64,000 nucleotides of DNA, taken from assembly GCA_964106915.2 (NCBI GenBank), contig OZ066918.1. One strand, given 5' to 3'. This document shows positions 1-12,721 of this stretch, piece by piece (position 1 is the stretch's first letter; the number at the start of each line of letters is the position of its first letter). Position numbers and translations under genes: made by a program. This DNA is from Podarcis gaigeae. Its lineage: Eukaryota. A model generated the notes under the pieces. It saw nothing but the letters and a program-made list of their open reading frames with translations. It did no database searches and was not told the DNA's origin.

Positions 1-2746
1 CCCCAGCCCCGCCACCTCCACCCCCTTCTCGGTCAAGGATATTCTGAAACTGGAGCAGCAGAGTCTCGGGGACTCCCTCGAGCCGCCCTTCCCCGTCGCC
101 GCCGCCGCTGCCTCCTGCCTGCTGGGGTGCCGCAGCTTCTCCGACGGGGAGGACGACGACGAAGACGACGAGAAGCTGCCCTTCCTCAGCTCCATGGCGG
201 CGACGGGGAAGAGCGCCGCGGATGGGGGGCTTTCCCCAGGGAGCTACGTGCAGGCGGTGCTGCGGGGCACCTGCGATCCCAAGGCCCTGGCAGGAGAGGG
301 AGAACCGGTGCTGGATTCCGGAGCCGGTGAGTACCAGCGAGAGCGGGATCAGGACCCCAAAAGGGAGGCTTTATTGGGGAATCGTAGGGCCAGGCGGGCA
401 CCCAAGTCCCTCTCGGAACGCGGAGCGATTCCCAATCTTTCACATTGCCAGGATAACTAATTCCGAAAGTTTCCCCTTCTGGATCGCAGCGTGGTTGCGC
501 GTGTGTGGCTTGGAACCACCGTTTCTTCAGCCAGATGGGATGCTGAAAGTGGGACACGCGACATCCGCGTCTCCAGGAGCACGTCGGTAACGGTTCCGCG
601 CTGCTCAGAAGTGCTTGGGCACCTCCAAACCCAAGTCGCTTAGGCGGACGCCTCTTCCCTCTGCTGCAAAATATTTGTGACTCCAACTAACAAAGAATAA
701 GAGGATAAGTCCCTTGGAACTTTGAAGGACTTACTTCCGAGTAAACGTGCTTAGGCTGCTGTCCGCTCTACACGTCTCTGAGCCTAAGCCTCCCTGAACA
801 CAACGGGATTTGCCGTTGGGTAAAATGCACCGGATTGGGTGGTCACACTGCAGCCCTCTTCGTCTCGGATGTAAAATCTTGCTCAGTTAGTCCCGCTTCC
901 CCATGGCAAGTTTGCCTCGGAGTGCATCCTAATTCCCCTTACTTGAGAGCAGGTCCTGTGGACCTGGCTTACAAGAAAGCGTCCTGGGTTCAGCCGGAGA
1001 CTTAGGCAGAAAGGGAACGACACGTTTGGCCACGCCGAGCCATCCCAAAGCAGGCAAGGAACCGCTCTGAGGCCCAGCCTCGCAGCCTTGGTGGTCTGGC
1101 GGCAAGGAGAGCCGCCTTGGTGGAATGATGGTGCCGCTGGCTCCAAGCCCCCTTTAGGAAAGCACCCGGGGTGAAGTGGAGCGGAGTGGGGCGGTCAAAG
1201 CGGGAGGGGATCTAGTTGGGGACCCTTCGCGCCAAGGTTTTGTCCGAGGCGCGGCTAGCAAAGCTCTTGCTTGCGCTGTGTCAGTCAGTAACGGGCCTGG
1301 CCTGGCTTCCCTCCCTCCCTGGAAGGGAGAGGATCGTGTTCGCACTGCGGGATCTTTGGGGGCATAAAGACTACCGTCTGCTTCCTAAATGGGCATAAAT
1401 CCATTTCCCAAGTCCTTGCTTCCTTCCGGCTGCCGTAAGCAGTCCTGGTGGCACAGGGGGAAAACACACACACTTCGCTCCCTCAAGTTTTTCTCGAGTT
1501 GGCTGAGCTCCTGCAGAATGCCAGGCGGCGCTGGCTCCTTCGTTTGCAAGGCCGGGAAGCAGCGGCCATATTCCGTTGCGGAAGACTCAACTTTCTATAT
1601 AATAATATTAATACTATTGCTATTAAAAATACTTTGCAAACCGTGTTTCTAATTTGCTCCGCCTTTAGAATTACAGGCGCGCTTTTCTGCTGCAGGCTTA
1701 TTTTGCGGAGGAATAGTTTTGGGGTTCTCGCAGCTGTGTCTTTATGCCCTTTAAGGCTGCGGTTATACCTTAACCTGGGCGTAAGCCCCATTGAACAGAG
1801 CGGGACACTTCTGGGTTAGCCTACCTAGGAGTGCCCTGTAAGACACCGACGGAATTATCTTGTGACCTAGCAGTCGGTGCATTAAAAAAGAAAACGAAAA
1901 CAGATGTCGGCCCTTCCAGGTGCCCGCGCAGCGTGTTCTCTCCTCTCCCTTTAAATAATGTATTAATTTGTCTTGAGAAATGCGTAAATGAGAGGTTTCT
2001 GCAAGGTGATAAGGGGCGTGGGGGATGTCAATGTGTTGTACGGATCCCTTGTACCACGAGCGAGCGCAGCACGCAGCTCCCCGGTTCTTGACTGGAACAT
2101 CTCTCTCTGTTCCCGGTCTTCTGCAGGGAAGGAGTCCACGGAGGAGTCGTCCGAGCGGCCCAAGGCGCGCGGCCGGAGGAAGCCTCGGGTGCTCTTCTCG
2201 CAAGCGCAGGTCTTCGAGCTGGAGCGGCGCTTCCAGCAGCAGCGCTACCTGTCGGCCCCCGAGCGCGAGTTGCTGGCCAGCAGCCTCAAGCTCACGTCCA
2301 CGCAGGTGAAGATCTGGTTCCAGAACCGACGCTACAAGTGCAAGCGGCAGCGGCAGGACAAGGCCCTGGACCTGGGCGGCCCGACGGCGGGGATGCCTCC
2401 GCCGTCGCAGCAGCCTCCGCCTCCGCCGCGCAGGGTGGCCGTGCCCGTGCTGGTGAGGGACGGCAAGCCCTGCCTGGGCGGCTCGCAGGCCTACAGCGCG
2501 CCCTACAACGCCGCCGCCGCCGCCTATCCTTATAATGGCTTCCCCAACTACGCCTACGGCGGTTCCCCCGCGGCTGCTTACGGGGCCGGCTACGGCTGCA
2601 GCTACCCGGCGGCCAACAGCGGGGGCCCGTCGGTGCCGCCGCCTGCGGGGCCCTACATGAACATGGGCGGCTTCGCGGGCGGCGCGCAGCCCTTGCACCA
2701 GGGTCCCGCGGGGCCTTCCTGTAGTCAGGGCATCCGAGCTTGGTAG
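1..2746 (+). CDS. NKX2-3: NK2 homeobox protein Nkx-2.3 (5'-partial; 2 coding exons)
   Basis: Exon 1 <1..326 (frame from base 2 reads [20 protein letters not shown] = TN/eh1 domain; donor GTGAGT at 327). Exon 2 2127..2746 (acceptor CTGCAG) has the homeodomain [20 protein letters not shown]...[13 protein letters not shown] with Tyr54, the NK2-[17 protein letters not shown] and C-terminal GIRAW*. F at HD14 and linkage to SLC25A28 favour NKX2-3 over NKX2-5/2-6. The start ATG lies just upstream of the window. Confidence 0.95.
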
Positions 2747-3282
2747 CCCCGGCCGACGGAGAGATCGAGCAGCGAGCGCGGTTCAGAGCCACGAGCCCAG
2801 TCCCCGGTCGCTGGCTGGGGCCCGGCGAGGCAGGCGGGCAGCCGGAGAAGCGGCGCTTCCTCGGACGGGGAGACCCGACCACGCAAGAAGGTGCGCCGCG
2901 CTAGCACAGGGAGCGGCTCCATCCTCCACCCTCAGCACCTTGCCAGCCGACAGCCAGCCGTGCTGCAGTCCACGGTGCTAAACGGCGGCACTGGCTCTGC
3001 TGGACACTCTTCCCATTTAGACTCTCTTCCCTCACTCCCGGCGGAGTGGCCGCAGCCAAAGCTCTCCTGGGGAAAGGGGCGCGGCGGGAGACTCCGCGCC
3101 AAGCCCGAGCAGGGACGGGAACGGGGGGAGGCCAGGCTCTGCCAGAAAGCAGCTTCGCTTGTACAAAGCCAAAGCCGGGGTGGAGGCCGCCGCGAGCCAC
3201 CCCTTTTTGTTGTTGTTGTTGTTGTTGTTGTATCTTAAAAGTGTATCGATGTAGCCACCGCTGCAAGGAAGTTAAACGATCC

Positions 3283-3288
3283 AATAAA
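3283..3288 (+). terminator. Candidate NKX2-3 polyadenylation signal
   Basis: AATAAA about 540 nt after the stop, downstream of a (TTG)n tract at ~3206-3231. Confidence 0.6.
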
Positions 3289-3789
3289 CCAGGTGCAATA
3301 TCCATCGCAGGCTTCGCGCTGGCGGGGCGGGAAAGACAGGCGAACGAGCGAGCGAGCGAGATATGGGTTCCTCCTCTGGCATAAGCGTCCCTTCCAGGTA
3401 GAGCTCCTCTCCTGTTGCGCAGGTTCTAAACAAACCACGCTGCGCACCTAAAACGCGCAAGTGTTGCAGGAAAAGTCGAAGCCACAGAGCCGCTTTGCCA
3501 TCATAGACGGCTGTCTCTGAAGCTTCTCCCTCCTTCCTCCTCTCTTCCTTCGACGGCACCCATTTCCCCCTGCGGTGCAACAGAGTCCACCTCAGATCCA
3601 TGCAGCTTCTAACTGTGGGACAGTTATTCCTCCTAACCCAGCAGCCGAGGTAGATTCATGCCGCCTCCAGCAATCTGGAGGCACGGAAAGTGTGTGTGGG
3701 GGGTGTAATCCGGACTATCTTAATCCGGAGTCAGTTCCTCCGGAGGGCAGGCAAGCCCAAAGGAAACCCGCCCTGTCAGGACCCGGAGC

Positions 3790-5200
3790 TGCTTCAAGTA
3801 GCTCGAAGGCCGCGAGGGCTGCGGAGCGTGCGGCTCTCCAGACGCGGCTGGACTACAACTCCGAGCACGATGGGAGTTGGAGTCCTGCAACCTCCGTAGC
3901 CCGCAGGCTCCCGGTTCCTGAAGGGAGAAGGTAGGCCCGTTAGCCCGTCGACGGGCGTTGGAAGGGTCGCCCAAGGTCCCCCCTCCGCCTCCCTGCCGCG
4001 CCAGGCCTCAAGCACCTCCGTGGCCTCGGCTCTCCTAGCATTTGGAGGCGCGGCGAGACGGCGGGCTGCGCGGCCGGGTACCTGCCCGCGGCCGGAGGTG
4101 CCTCCTTCCCTCGGGCCTTTAATAGGTGGCCAGCCGGCCGCTGTAATCCCCTTGTCCCGGGCGGGGAGAGGGTGCCAAGGGGCTGAATAGGGCAGCGCGC
4201 GGCGCGGAGAGGCCCATTGTGGCGGCCGGGCCGGCTCTGAAAGGAAGCGCCTGGAAGGGGCCGAGAAGCGGCGCTTATTGGATTGGGGGACAAAAGGCGG
4301 GCCGAGGGGGGCTCCGGACAAAGGGCGAGATTGACGGCCCGCGCTGCCTCCCCCGCTGCGCCCGGGAGGGCAGGGGAGCTGCGGTTTTGTTCCCCTTTTT
4401 TATCCCGGGGGGCGAGCGGGGGATTAGGAGGCGCAGTTCAATGTCGGATCCGCCCCCGCCCTGAGTCGGGGTCGAGGAAGGTGGGGAAGCGGGGCAGAAG
4501 CAGACAGAGAGTGTATATCCCCCCCCCCCCCAGTAAAGGAAAAGCGCTGCTGTGTGACTCAGGGCTGACGTGAAGAAATGTGCCTGGGTTACTTAGTGGT
4601 TGGGAAAAGGTACTCTGCACATGCTTGAAAGACGCCTCGCCGTCAGTTGTGCTTTGGCCACGCCCCTCCGCGATGCCCTCGAGATAGATGGGGTAGCCTT
4701 CGCCAAAGGCACCGCCGAGGACCTCCCCTCTCGGTCTGCCTGAGCTGGCGACCCAGCTCACTGGGACGGGCAAGGCACGTGGGGCGTGTGTGTCCGCCCA
4801 TTCCTTGCTTCAAAGCAGGGTTGTCTTTTCCCACGTGAACAGGGGTGCCACATTGAATAAAGTCTGGGGAGGGAGTAAGCCCCGCCCCGCATAACCGATC
4901 ACATGATGTGGTGCACGCACACATTTGAATGGCAATGCCCATCCATTGGGGGAGGGAGCCTCCTCAAGTATTTTAGGGGGGGCGAAGACCCCCTCGGCCT
5001 CTAGGAGTTGGCTCCTATGCACATGAATGGCCGCGAAGAGGTTTCTTACTGCTTAGAATAGCCGGACGCAACTGCTGCGCAAAGGGGAGCTGCTTCCAAC
5101 CTGCGCGAGCTGGGGCGCCTTGCCCCGCAAGAGACCCTGCGGACTGTAGCCCCGGCGGAGACCGCGAACGAACGGCAGCCGCCGGAGGTGAGCCCTTGGC
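3790..5200. promoter_or_regulatory. GC/CpG-rich island downstream of NKX2-3 (putative enhancer/Polycomb domain)
   Basis: High CpG density with no credible coding exon; CpG density drops abruptly after ~5.3 kb. Confidence 0.5.
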
Positions 5201-5949
5201 GGTTAAAATGGTCTGGAACAAGAGCCTAGCGCCGAAGGTGTCAGGTTAGCCAGAGGAGGCGGCTCCATTAAGGGTCAATGGGGCGCTGCCTCCACACTTG
5301 CAACCGGTCCAGAGCGTACAGGTTTGTGTTTTTTTTTTTTGCTTCGGTTCTGTCTACTGTCTGGGCTTCCTGCTTGCTTCCCTGCCTGTTGTAGATGGGC
5401 ACCACCACCCGCCCGCCACTGAATTAGTTGGCCAGGGAGACAGAATGAAAAAAGTACAGTAAGTTTTGTGAACATGGAAGAAACCACCAGGGGGCGCACC
5501 CAAATAGACCTCCCGGATACTGTACCAGCAGTTTGCTTAATGCTGCCCACAATATTAACCGAAGGAATGAGGGGGCTGGGCGGGGGGAGCCATATAATCA
5601 CAGAGTTGAAAGGGATCCTGAGGTAAAAAGTCCAATGGGTAAAAAGAAATTGCATTTGCTGCCCACCAGAGGGAAAACTTTTAGGGATCTGCTTATCACT
5701 CTGTTGGTGGTGGGGTTAATGTAGGAATCGCTTTGCCTCCTTTCTTTAGGTCTTGGCGATCCTGAGGAAGTTGGGGTGATGGGAAAAGAGGCAGTTGTCA
5801 CTCCCATAACCCTGAATCACAGTCTGAGTGTGCTGTGAGGCAGTTGGCAAATGACACACATCCCTTTGACCAGATTTTAAACCTCTGTGATGCAATTGAT
5901 CAGTGCCTCTGGCTATTAACCAGAAGTTGGTGGTTCCAGCCAACCCAGG

Positions 5950-6041
5950 AACAGCTGTGGGTGAGATTCTTGCATTGAGGACATTGGACTAGATGACACT
6001 CGGGATCCCTTCCAACGCTACTCTATGATTCTATGATTCTA
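5950..6041 (+). mobile_element. CR1-type LINE/SINE 3' tail
   Basis: ttggactagatgac...gatcccttccaac followed by the (CTATGATT)n tail typical of CR1 and CR1-mobilised SINEs. Confidence 0.65.
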
Positions 6042-6057
6042 CCCCCTAAAGACGTTG

Positions 6058-6400
6058 TTAAATAAATAAATAAATTTTTATTTATACCCTGCCCTTCCTG
6101 GTTCAGAAAACCAGGCTCAGGGCGGCTAACAACAAAATTTAAAACACTTAAGTGATGCAACAAAACAGCATAAATTACTGTACAAAACGTTAATAACAGT
6201 AAATTCAAAATTCAAAATCAATTTAGGGGAAAATCCATCCAATAAACATTAGATGATCACCAGGGCTAGCTGGTTAATTAGTCCTATTTAGGCCAGTGAG
6301 GAGACCAGGGGAGAATTAGACATAAAAATTTAAGGAGGAAGGGGACAGAGGAGGGAGAAGGAAGGTTTCTCCCTGAAGGGAAAGGACCAGAAGAGGTGTT
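6058..6400 (-). mobile_element. LINE (L2-like) 3' end fragment
   Basis: Reverse complement of ttgttagccgccctgagcc...ggg...tataaataa, shared with copies at 22.4-22.6 kb and 43.5-43.8 kb. Confidence 0.55.
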
Positions 6401-8780
6401 GAAGGAAATCAGAAAGTGAGACAAAAGTTTACTACTGTATTTATTAATAATACATAAACCTGGAATAGAATGGAAGGGAAATAAGGCTGCACTAATTATA
6501 ATAGAATATGATCCAGATAACAGATCCTATTCAGCTCATTTCTTCTGCCTAGTTGATTCTCCTGCTTTAAGGAAGGGTAGGGAACCTCAGGCCCAGGGGG
6601 CAAATGCAGCCCCCCGGGCCTCGCTGTTTTGTCCTCAGAATACATCATACCCGGCTTTGCACTCCAGATGTTGTCTGTATTGAACTGCTCTGACTTGCAG
6701 CTGCTTTCTGGAGTTTTGGATGGGCGACATCCTCAATCCCATCTAGAGATGTTGAGGACTGAACCTGGAGCTTTTAACTGGCCCTGCTCTTCTGTCTTTT
6801 GCAGCAGCCTGTCAGTAATTAAGCAGGTAAAGTCCTCCCCACCATTTACCTTAGTCCCAGGGAAAGAGGGGACGGGGAGACTCCCATTGCCAACCAAATT
6901 CCTGTCAAGGGGTGCCAACTTGAATAAAATACCCTCATAATTGATCACATGACATGCACACACACCATTTGAATGACAACGGCCATTAAATGGGGGGGGG
7001 GGGGAGTTGGTGCCTCTGTTAAGTCACTACTGCAGGATGAGGGACTTGGAAGTTATGTACAAGTTCTTAGCCACGTCCATAGTTTTCCTGAAAGAATTAG
7101 CAAAAGCCATATGCCAGGAATTCCACTAGTGTGCAGGTACTCTGTTTTTCCTGTTGCCCTGCTACCCAGATCTAAGCCATGGCTTGACTTAGCATTATGT
7201 CCATACTGAGGTTCATGGTTTGTCTTGCTCCTGACAATGCACAAACTGCAACTAGGGGTTGTTCTTGGCTTACAAATTGTGGTTTTCTTTCAGAAGACAA
7301 GCCACAAGGCCAGGCTTGGATAGAACACTAAGCCAAGCCATGGCTTAGTTTCAGGAGTGTGGCAGCAGGATTTCCCACCTGTACCTGAGTGCTTATGCAT
7401 TCTTGTTTATTCATGGTTTGAATTACATGTGAACTGGGCCAGAGAAAATTTTCTCAAAATTAATGTTTACACCACCTCAAAGATTGAGGGGAAATGCCAG
7501 TCAGGGAGCACCAGGCTCTTCTCTGCATTGCTGCAACAGGTGAGCCTTCTTGTCAACTTTTCTTTCCCAGGAAGACAAGAATTTCCTGTCAAAGTCTACC
7601 CTTCCAAGACAGGTCAAGTCAGCAAGAAGCACAGCTAGCAAAACCATGTATGAACAGGCATTTTGAACATAAGTTCTATTTGCCCTTTTGGTTCAACTTC
7701 AAAGCTCTAAAACATCAGTTATTTCTCCATCACTCACATAACCCTAATGCAACAGAAAGTATGCATTAGGAAATCTAAAATTTGGCTACATCCATCATAA
7801 GCCAATGAAGACAGATGTATTGTTTTGAGGTTTCACTTTCCTTGCTGCAAAAGGCACACGTAGGAAGCAGACAGGCTTTTCAGTAAGACACTGGCTCAGT
7901 CAGAGGTTTATATTTGCCTCATTTGTGTATTCTTCCTCTTCCTAAATGACACATTCCAAATCTTGGGATCAAGAGTAGGAGGAAAGATTGCCACACTTCC
8001 CCCCTAAGAAGTAAGATGAAGCCCATTAACACAGTCATCTTTGTTGCCCATTCAAAGTTAAAAGTTACCTGGAACCTAAGTGCCGTACTTTTGGAGTTCC
8101 TGCAACATGGAGGGGCCAGCATCATAGGGCAAGGCAAACAGAGAATGCATGCTTTATAACTGCAGATGGATAAATGGTATTCCCCAATACCACCTGTCTG
8201 CCTGTTCTCAAACTACAGCCTGGCTCTACTCTTTCACATTGCTACTCTGTCTGGTGTGTGATAGAGGATAATAGGAACAAGAACTTTTTTTTTTACATAT
8301 GTGCACACATGCACCTGTGTCTTTTCCATCACAGTATATATATTACTGGAGGACACTGCAAGCCAGTTGAAAGAACACCTGACTGAGGCAGACACTGCAT
8401 CTTTTCCCCTGCTACTATAAGAATGTGTGTTTGAGCTATGTTGGTAGGTAAGAATACTGCTGAAATATATATGGGAGGAACAAGAATCACCTAAAGCTGT
8501 CAGTTGTCTGGTGCCGGTATCCTGTAGGAACATAAATGCTCTCCAAATATAATGACAATAGAAAGCTGGTTCTTCATGGATCAATATTACTCATACAAGA
8601 TGCGGCATTATATGATACTAATCTCACTTCTACTCTCCCACCTACCACAAGAGGAAACAATTTAGACCATCCTGCTATAGGTTGGGCTAACTTACCTGTA
8701 ACAAAGCCCTATAGCTGCTAAAAAGAGAGCAAGAGATAAGGAGAATAATAGCAAACAAGGGCTGTGACGATAAAGCAGAC

Positions 8781-8786
8781 TTTATT
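8781..8786 (-). terminator. Candidate SLC25A28 polyadenylation signal
   Basis: TTTATT on + (AATAAA on -) about 415 nt past the stop codon. Confidence 0.6.
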
Positions 8787-9200
8787 GGAGGTGCCAAGGG
8801 CCACAACAATCAAAGCCTTCCCAGAGAGCATGAGGTTTGTGTGTGTGCTACTAGACAACAGCTCAGCTAACACTTCCCCTGCCTCCATCACCACGTTGTC
8901 GTAACAGCAACCCGTTCAGGGTATGCAGGTCATCACCCCAAGTTCCAGTGTGCTCACGGTAGCTCATGGTAGTCTCCACCTCTTTTAAGGGAATACAACT
9001 TTTGGGGCAAGGGAGATGCTTGTTAGGTGTCAGGCTAGAAAAGGGCAGGCCAAGCTGCTGCTCATTGTGTACTATCCATTTGGGAGAAGGATGATGGGCT
9101 GTGCAAAATGCAGCAGCAGGCAAGAGGCGGCATCGTTATTCCAAAGGCTTGCTTGTCATCTGAGTCTGGCACCAGCCAATCCAGCGGGTGGAGTCACATT

Positions 9201-12200
9201 TCACTTCCCGGCCAATCGTTCCTCCTTTCGCTTGGTAAGGAAGTATTTGAAGAACTCATACACAGACCAGGCAATGGCTGTGGAGGGCATCTGGTAAATG
9301 ACACGTGCTTGTACCCCTCGAAAATAGGCAGTCAGCCCACCCACGCGGTACACCGTCCTGAATGCATGAGCCATGCCTGTAATGTGCCCACTGATGTTGG
9401 TATTCAGTGCCAGGGCCTCCTGGGTATTCAGCAGTGTCTTGCAAACGTCCAATGGGGTGGTGGCAGCAGCAGCAATGGCCCCTGCACAGGCCCCTGCCAC
9501 CATATGGGAACTAGGGTTGTACTGTCTGTGAGGATTGAGGTGTTCCTGCAAAGATTCATATGCCATGAAGTGGATGGCCTGGAAGGGGATGTTCATAGTC
9601 AGCTGAGTGGTGTAGCTTCGGTAGAAAGCTCCTGCCCCTTCATTGCACCATACAGCACGTACACAGTCTGTTGCTCGCTGGTATGGAGAGTTGTACATCT
9701 GCATTCTCTGCTTTACCACTGATCAAAAGATGACAGCAGCAGCCCAGCCATGGAGACGAGAGAAGGGCAGGGAGGAGCAAAGAAAAAATGTATAAGTGCA
9801 GTGATCTGAACAGTGTGCATTCTACGTAAACACTTTAATAGATTCAGGGGCCCTGCATCCCTCAAACTTGCCTCAGTGTGATCTATCTACCCACCCAAGA
9901 AATCCTGCAGAACTCCACAACTTGTGAAAAAACAGTAATGCCCCAATTCTGGAATTGTGAGACACCAAGTAAAACGGGGGTTACTGAAATGTGATCTGAT
10001 TATGCCTACACAATGTAGGGAACACAAATTATGAAAGACAAGTTGCAATATTGTTTTTATGTCATTTTTCAACACCAAGAGCAAGGGCAGATACACAAAT
10101 ACCTTCTTTGCTTCAGCCAAAGTCTTGTCCACCACCCACCCGCTGCATCCAAAGAACCCTTGTAGCAGGTAAGGCTGCATGTCTGAACTGTATCACAAGC
10201 AACATGAAAGCACCCCCTGGTGACAAGAAGGGAGCAGCACAAGCTGCATGAAAGTTGCAGGACTGCTGGGAAGCAACATTACCTTCTGCTGGGTTCATGG
10301 CTGCATCATGAAGCAATGTTGCCACACAGCCTGCTGCGCCTGCAAAACAAGGACTATTACATGTGAAAAGTGGGAAGAAGACATAAGGAGTTCTCACAAT
10401 GTGCCACCGGAGGAGTGTATGCGAGCAAATAGGGACACCCCCCTCCCCAAGAGAGAATGAAAGTTCATTGAGAAGTTAGCATCAGTTTTCAGAAAGGGAA
10501 TATCAGAAATATTCAAGGCTTCAGTGCAGGCAATATTTATCATATTAATCTCGACCCACATTGGAAGGATTGAGGGGGGGATCAGAAGACTAAGACTGCA
10601 ATCCTAACTCCACTTACCTGGGAGTAAGTCCACTGAATTAAATAGGACTTACTTCTGAGTAAACATGGTTAGGATTGCACTGTAAATTATCTATCATCTT
10701 TAATTCCTAGAGCAGAGAAGAGCCAAGACCGTCTTGCAGCTATTTAGGATTCTTGCAGCTATTTAGGATTCTTCCACCATCCTGCTAACACATCCAACAA
10801 GTTTCAGTCAGGCGAGTTAGTTCCAAAATTCTAGGATCTCCAGCTAATTGGGTCTTCCTATTATCTGTCCAGACTATCAGAGATGAAGGAGCCTCAGAAG
10901 CATGCTAGTGTGAAAAAGTAAATATAAGCAGACCAGACTCTACAACACGTTACAGCAAGCTTGGGGTTCTCCCCACTCAAAAATGAGGATGCTAAAAGGA
11001 CAAATGTAAGAGCACTATATAAAGTCAAAATGAAATACAAACAGCAGCACACCCATTCTTCTATCATATTTCAAACTATCTTCACAATACAGAAAGTTTG
11101 TCTGCTCTGGTGGAAACTGCAGCTATCTGCCCCATATTCCCACAATCCCTTCTCATTCACAAATTCCTTTCAAAAGTCAATGGGAAATCCTACATTCCTA
11201 ATTATCATGGTTAGATAATGCTTGGAGTGAAGCAGAACACAGCATCAGGGAAGAATGTCAATAGTAAATAGGATTCAGAAGTTAGCAATATAACAGCAGT
11301 AAGAAAGAAGACAGGAGTGCCTGGCGTGCTCTGGTCCATGGGGTCACGGACACGACTAAACAAGAAGAAGAAGAAGAAAAAACCAGGCATCCAGTTCTTC
11401 ATTTCACTAACAGTCCTAGCTGGGAACATAGGGACCCTCAGGGTGGGGCAAGCAGGCAAGAAGGGACAATACCGTTGGCCACGTGACTATTGCCCCCAGC
11501 ATGGATAATGTCGGTAAGTGTCTTTTTCAACTTTTCGTAGCAGGCGAAATACAAGGCATGAGCAGGGCCTGCCCCTGTGGCTGTGATGTTCAATCCACGC
11601 ATGGGTCGCCAGATCCCTTCAGTCCGCACGATCCGCCACAGGGCCTCCAGCACATTCCGGTAGCGAGCAGCAGGTTCCGGTTGCAGGCTCTGCATCCTTG
11701 TCTGCCAGTGCAGGGAGGGGAGCAGGTTAGATATGCCAAGGGACTTAGCCTAGTAAGCTCCACACCCAGCTCTCCCAACCCAGGACACTCCTTCCTTTCA
11801 GAGCCATTCAGCTGCATTTGATGGCTGCACACAAATGAGTTCTCGCAGGCGACCTTTGTAGGTGTCTGCAGATCACCAGAGGGCCCTCGCGTCTGCCAGG
11901 ACTCTACCGTATGTACAACCCCCCCCACACACACCTTACCCCTTTCTCTCAACCCCATGACTGAGACCAAATATTTCTGGGAACCAGGTCGGTCGCTTTG
12001 GCGGCAAAAGTGAAGGCCTGAAACGTGATCAAGGAAACCGATCTTGCTTCTTGACAACTAGCGGCGGCAACACATAACTCTCCTGTCAAGTGATCGTTCG
12101 TTGGCACTTCTGCCATTAGCCAGCAAAAGAGCCGAGAACGTGTTTGATCCATCCCTCCCCGAAGTCGTTAGCTCCATCGCATTCATCGGGGAACACATCC

Positions 12201-12721
12201 TTCGCCTTTCTGTCAACTCTGGTCCCCCCCCCCCTTTTTGCTAAATTCGGATCTAGTCGGACCGTCCGGTGATGCGGATTAAAGTGCAACACTAATGAAG
12301 ATCGTGTGCCGGTTAACCCCTCTCAGGTCCTGCCCAGGGACTCCCGCGTCTCGTCTCAGCTCCCCGCCCCCCCCGACTCCCGCCAGCACCCGCCCTGCGC
12401 CCGGAGACGCCAGAGCAGCTCGGCGCCCGTGCTCACCTTGACACAGTCCACCGGGTACATGAGGCTGTGCTCCAGCACCCCCGCCACAGCCCCTGCGAGC
12501 ATGTGGGTGGAGGCGGCGGAGCCCCGCGGGAGGGCCTCGTAGTCCGGCTCCGGGCCGGCCTCCGTGTCCGTGCCAGTCCCTCCCGCCCCGCCATCCCCCG
12601 CGGGCCACGCCCAACCCGCCCCTCCACCGTCGCCCCCGCCCAGCAGCAGGAGGAGCTGGCGGCCCGGCTCTGCCCCGCCGCGCTGCCCGGGCCCCGCCGA
12701 GCCGCCCGCCCCGAGCTCCAT
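9201..12721 (-). CDS. SLC25A28: Mitoferrin-2, mitochondrial iron carrier (362 aa, 4 exons)
   Basis: complement(join 12437..12721, 11473..11701, 10283..10339, 9201..9718); all introns GT-AG; 1089 nt in frame. MELGAGG...PDYEALP...[23 protein letters not shown]|[17 protein letters not shown]...EERLAGK*, with three PxDxxK-type carrier motifs. Confidence 0.97.
10596..10682. repeat. ~90-bp imperfect hairpin interspersed repeat (MITE-like), best copy
   Basis: ctgcaatcctaa...acttacctgggagtaagtcc...ggacttacttctgagt...ttaggattgcac. Related copies at ~705-760, 14848-14920, 24925-25015, 28855-28940, 58058-58155 and 60117-60202. Confidence 0.7.
10732..10773. repeat. 19-bp tandem duplication
   Basis: (tcttgcagctatttaggat)x2 followed by tctt. 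Confidence 0.9.
11306..11378 (+). mobile_element. Sauria SINE / Bov-B-type 3' end
   Basis: gacaggagtgcctggcgtgctctggtccatggggtcacggacacgactaaac plus an (AAG)n tail resembles the Bov-B/Sauria SINE 3' terminus. Confidence 0.7.

Noticed and set aside
1988-2126. N-terminal part of ORF 1988..2746
   Set aside because: Intronic read-through upstream of the acceptor at 2126; the true N-terminus is exon 1.
1763-2698. 311-aa antisense ORF opposite NKX2-3 exon 2
   Set aside because: Shadow of a GC3-rich coding exon; low complexity and no recognisable domain.
4114-4126. CArG-like CCTTTAATAGG downstream of NKX2-3
   Set aside because: Seven A/T bases between CC and GG; does not fit CC(A/T)6GG.
2891-5221. 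Many 60-200 aa ORFs in GC-rich DNA (also 12.9-14.4 kb, 29.1-30.0 kb, 36.7-37.8 kb)
   Set aside because: Stop-poor CpG-island sequence; Arg/Gly/Pro-biased, overlapping in all frames, no homology motifs.
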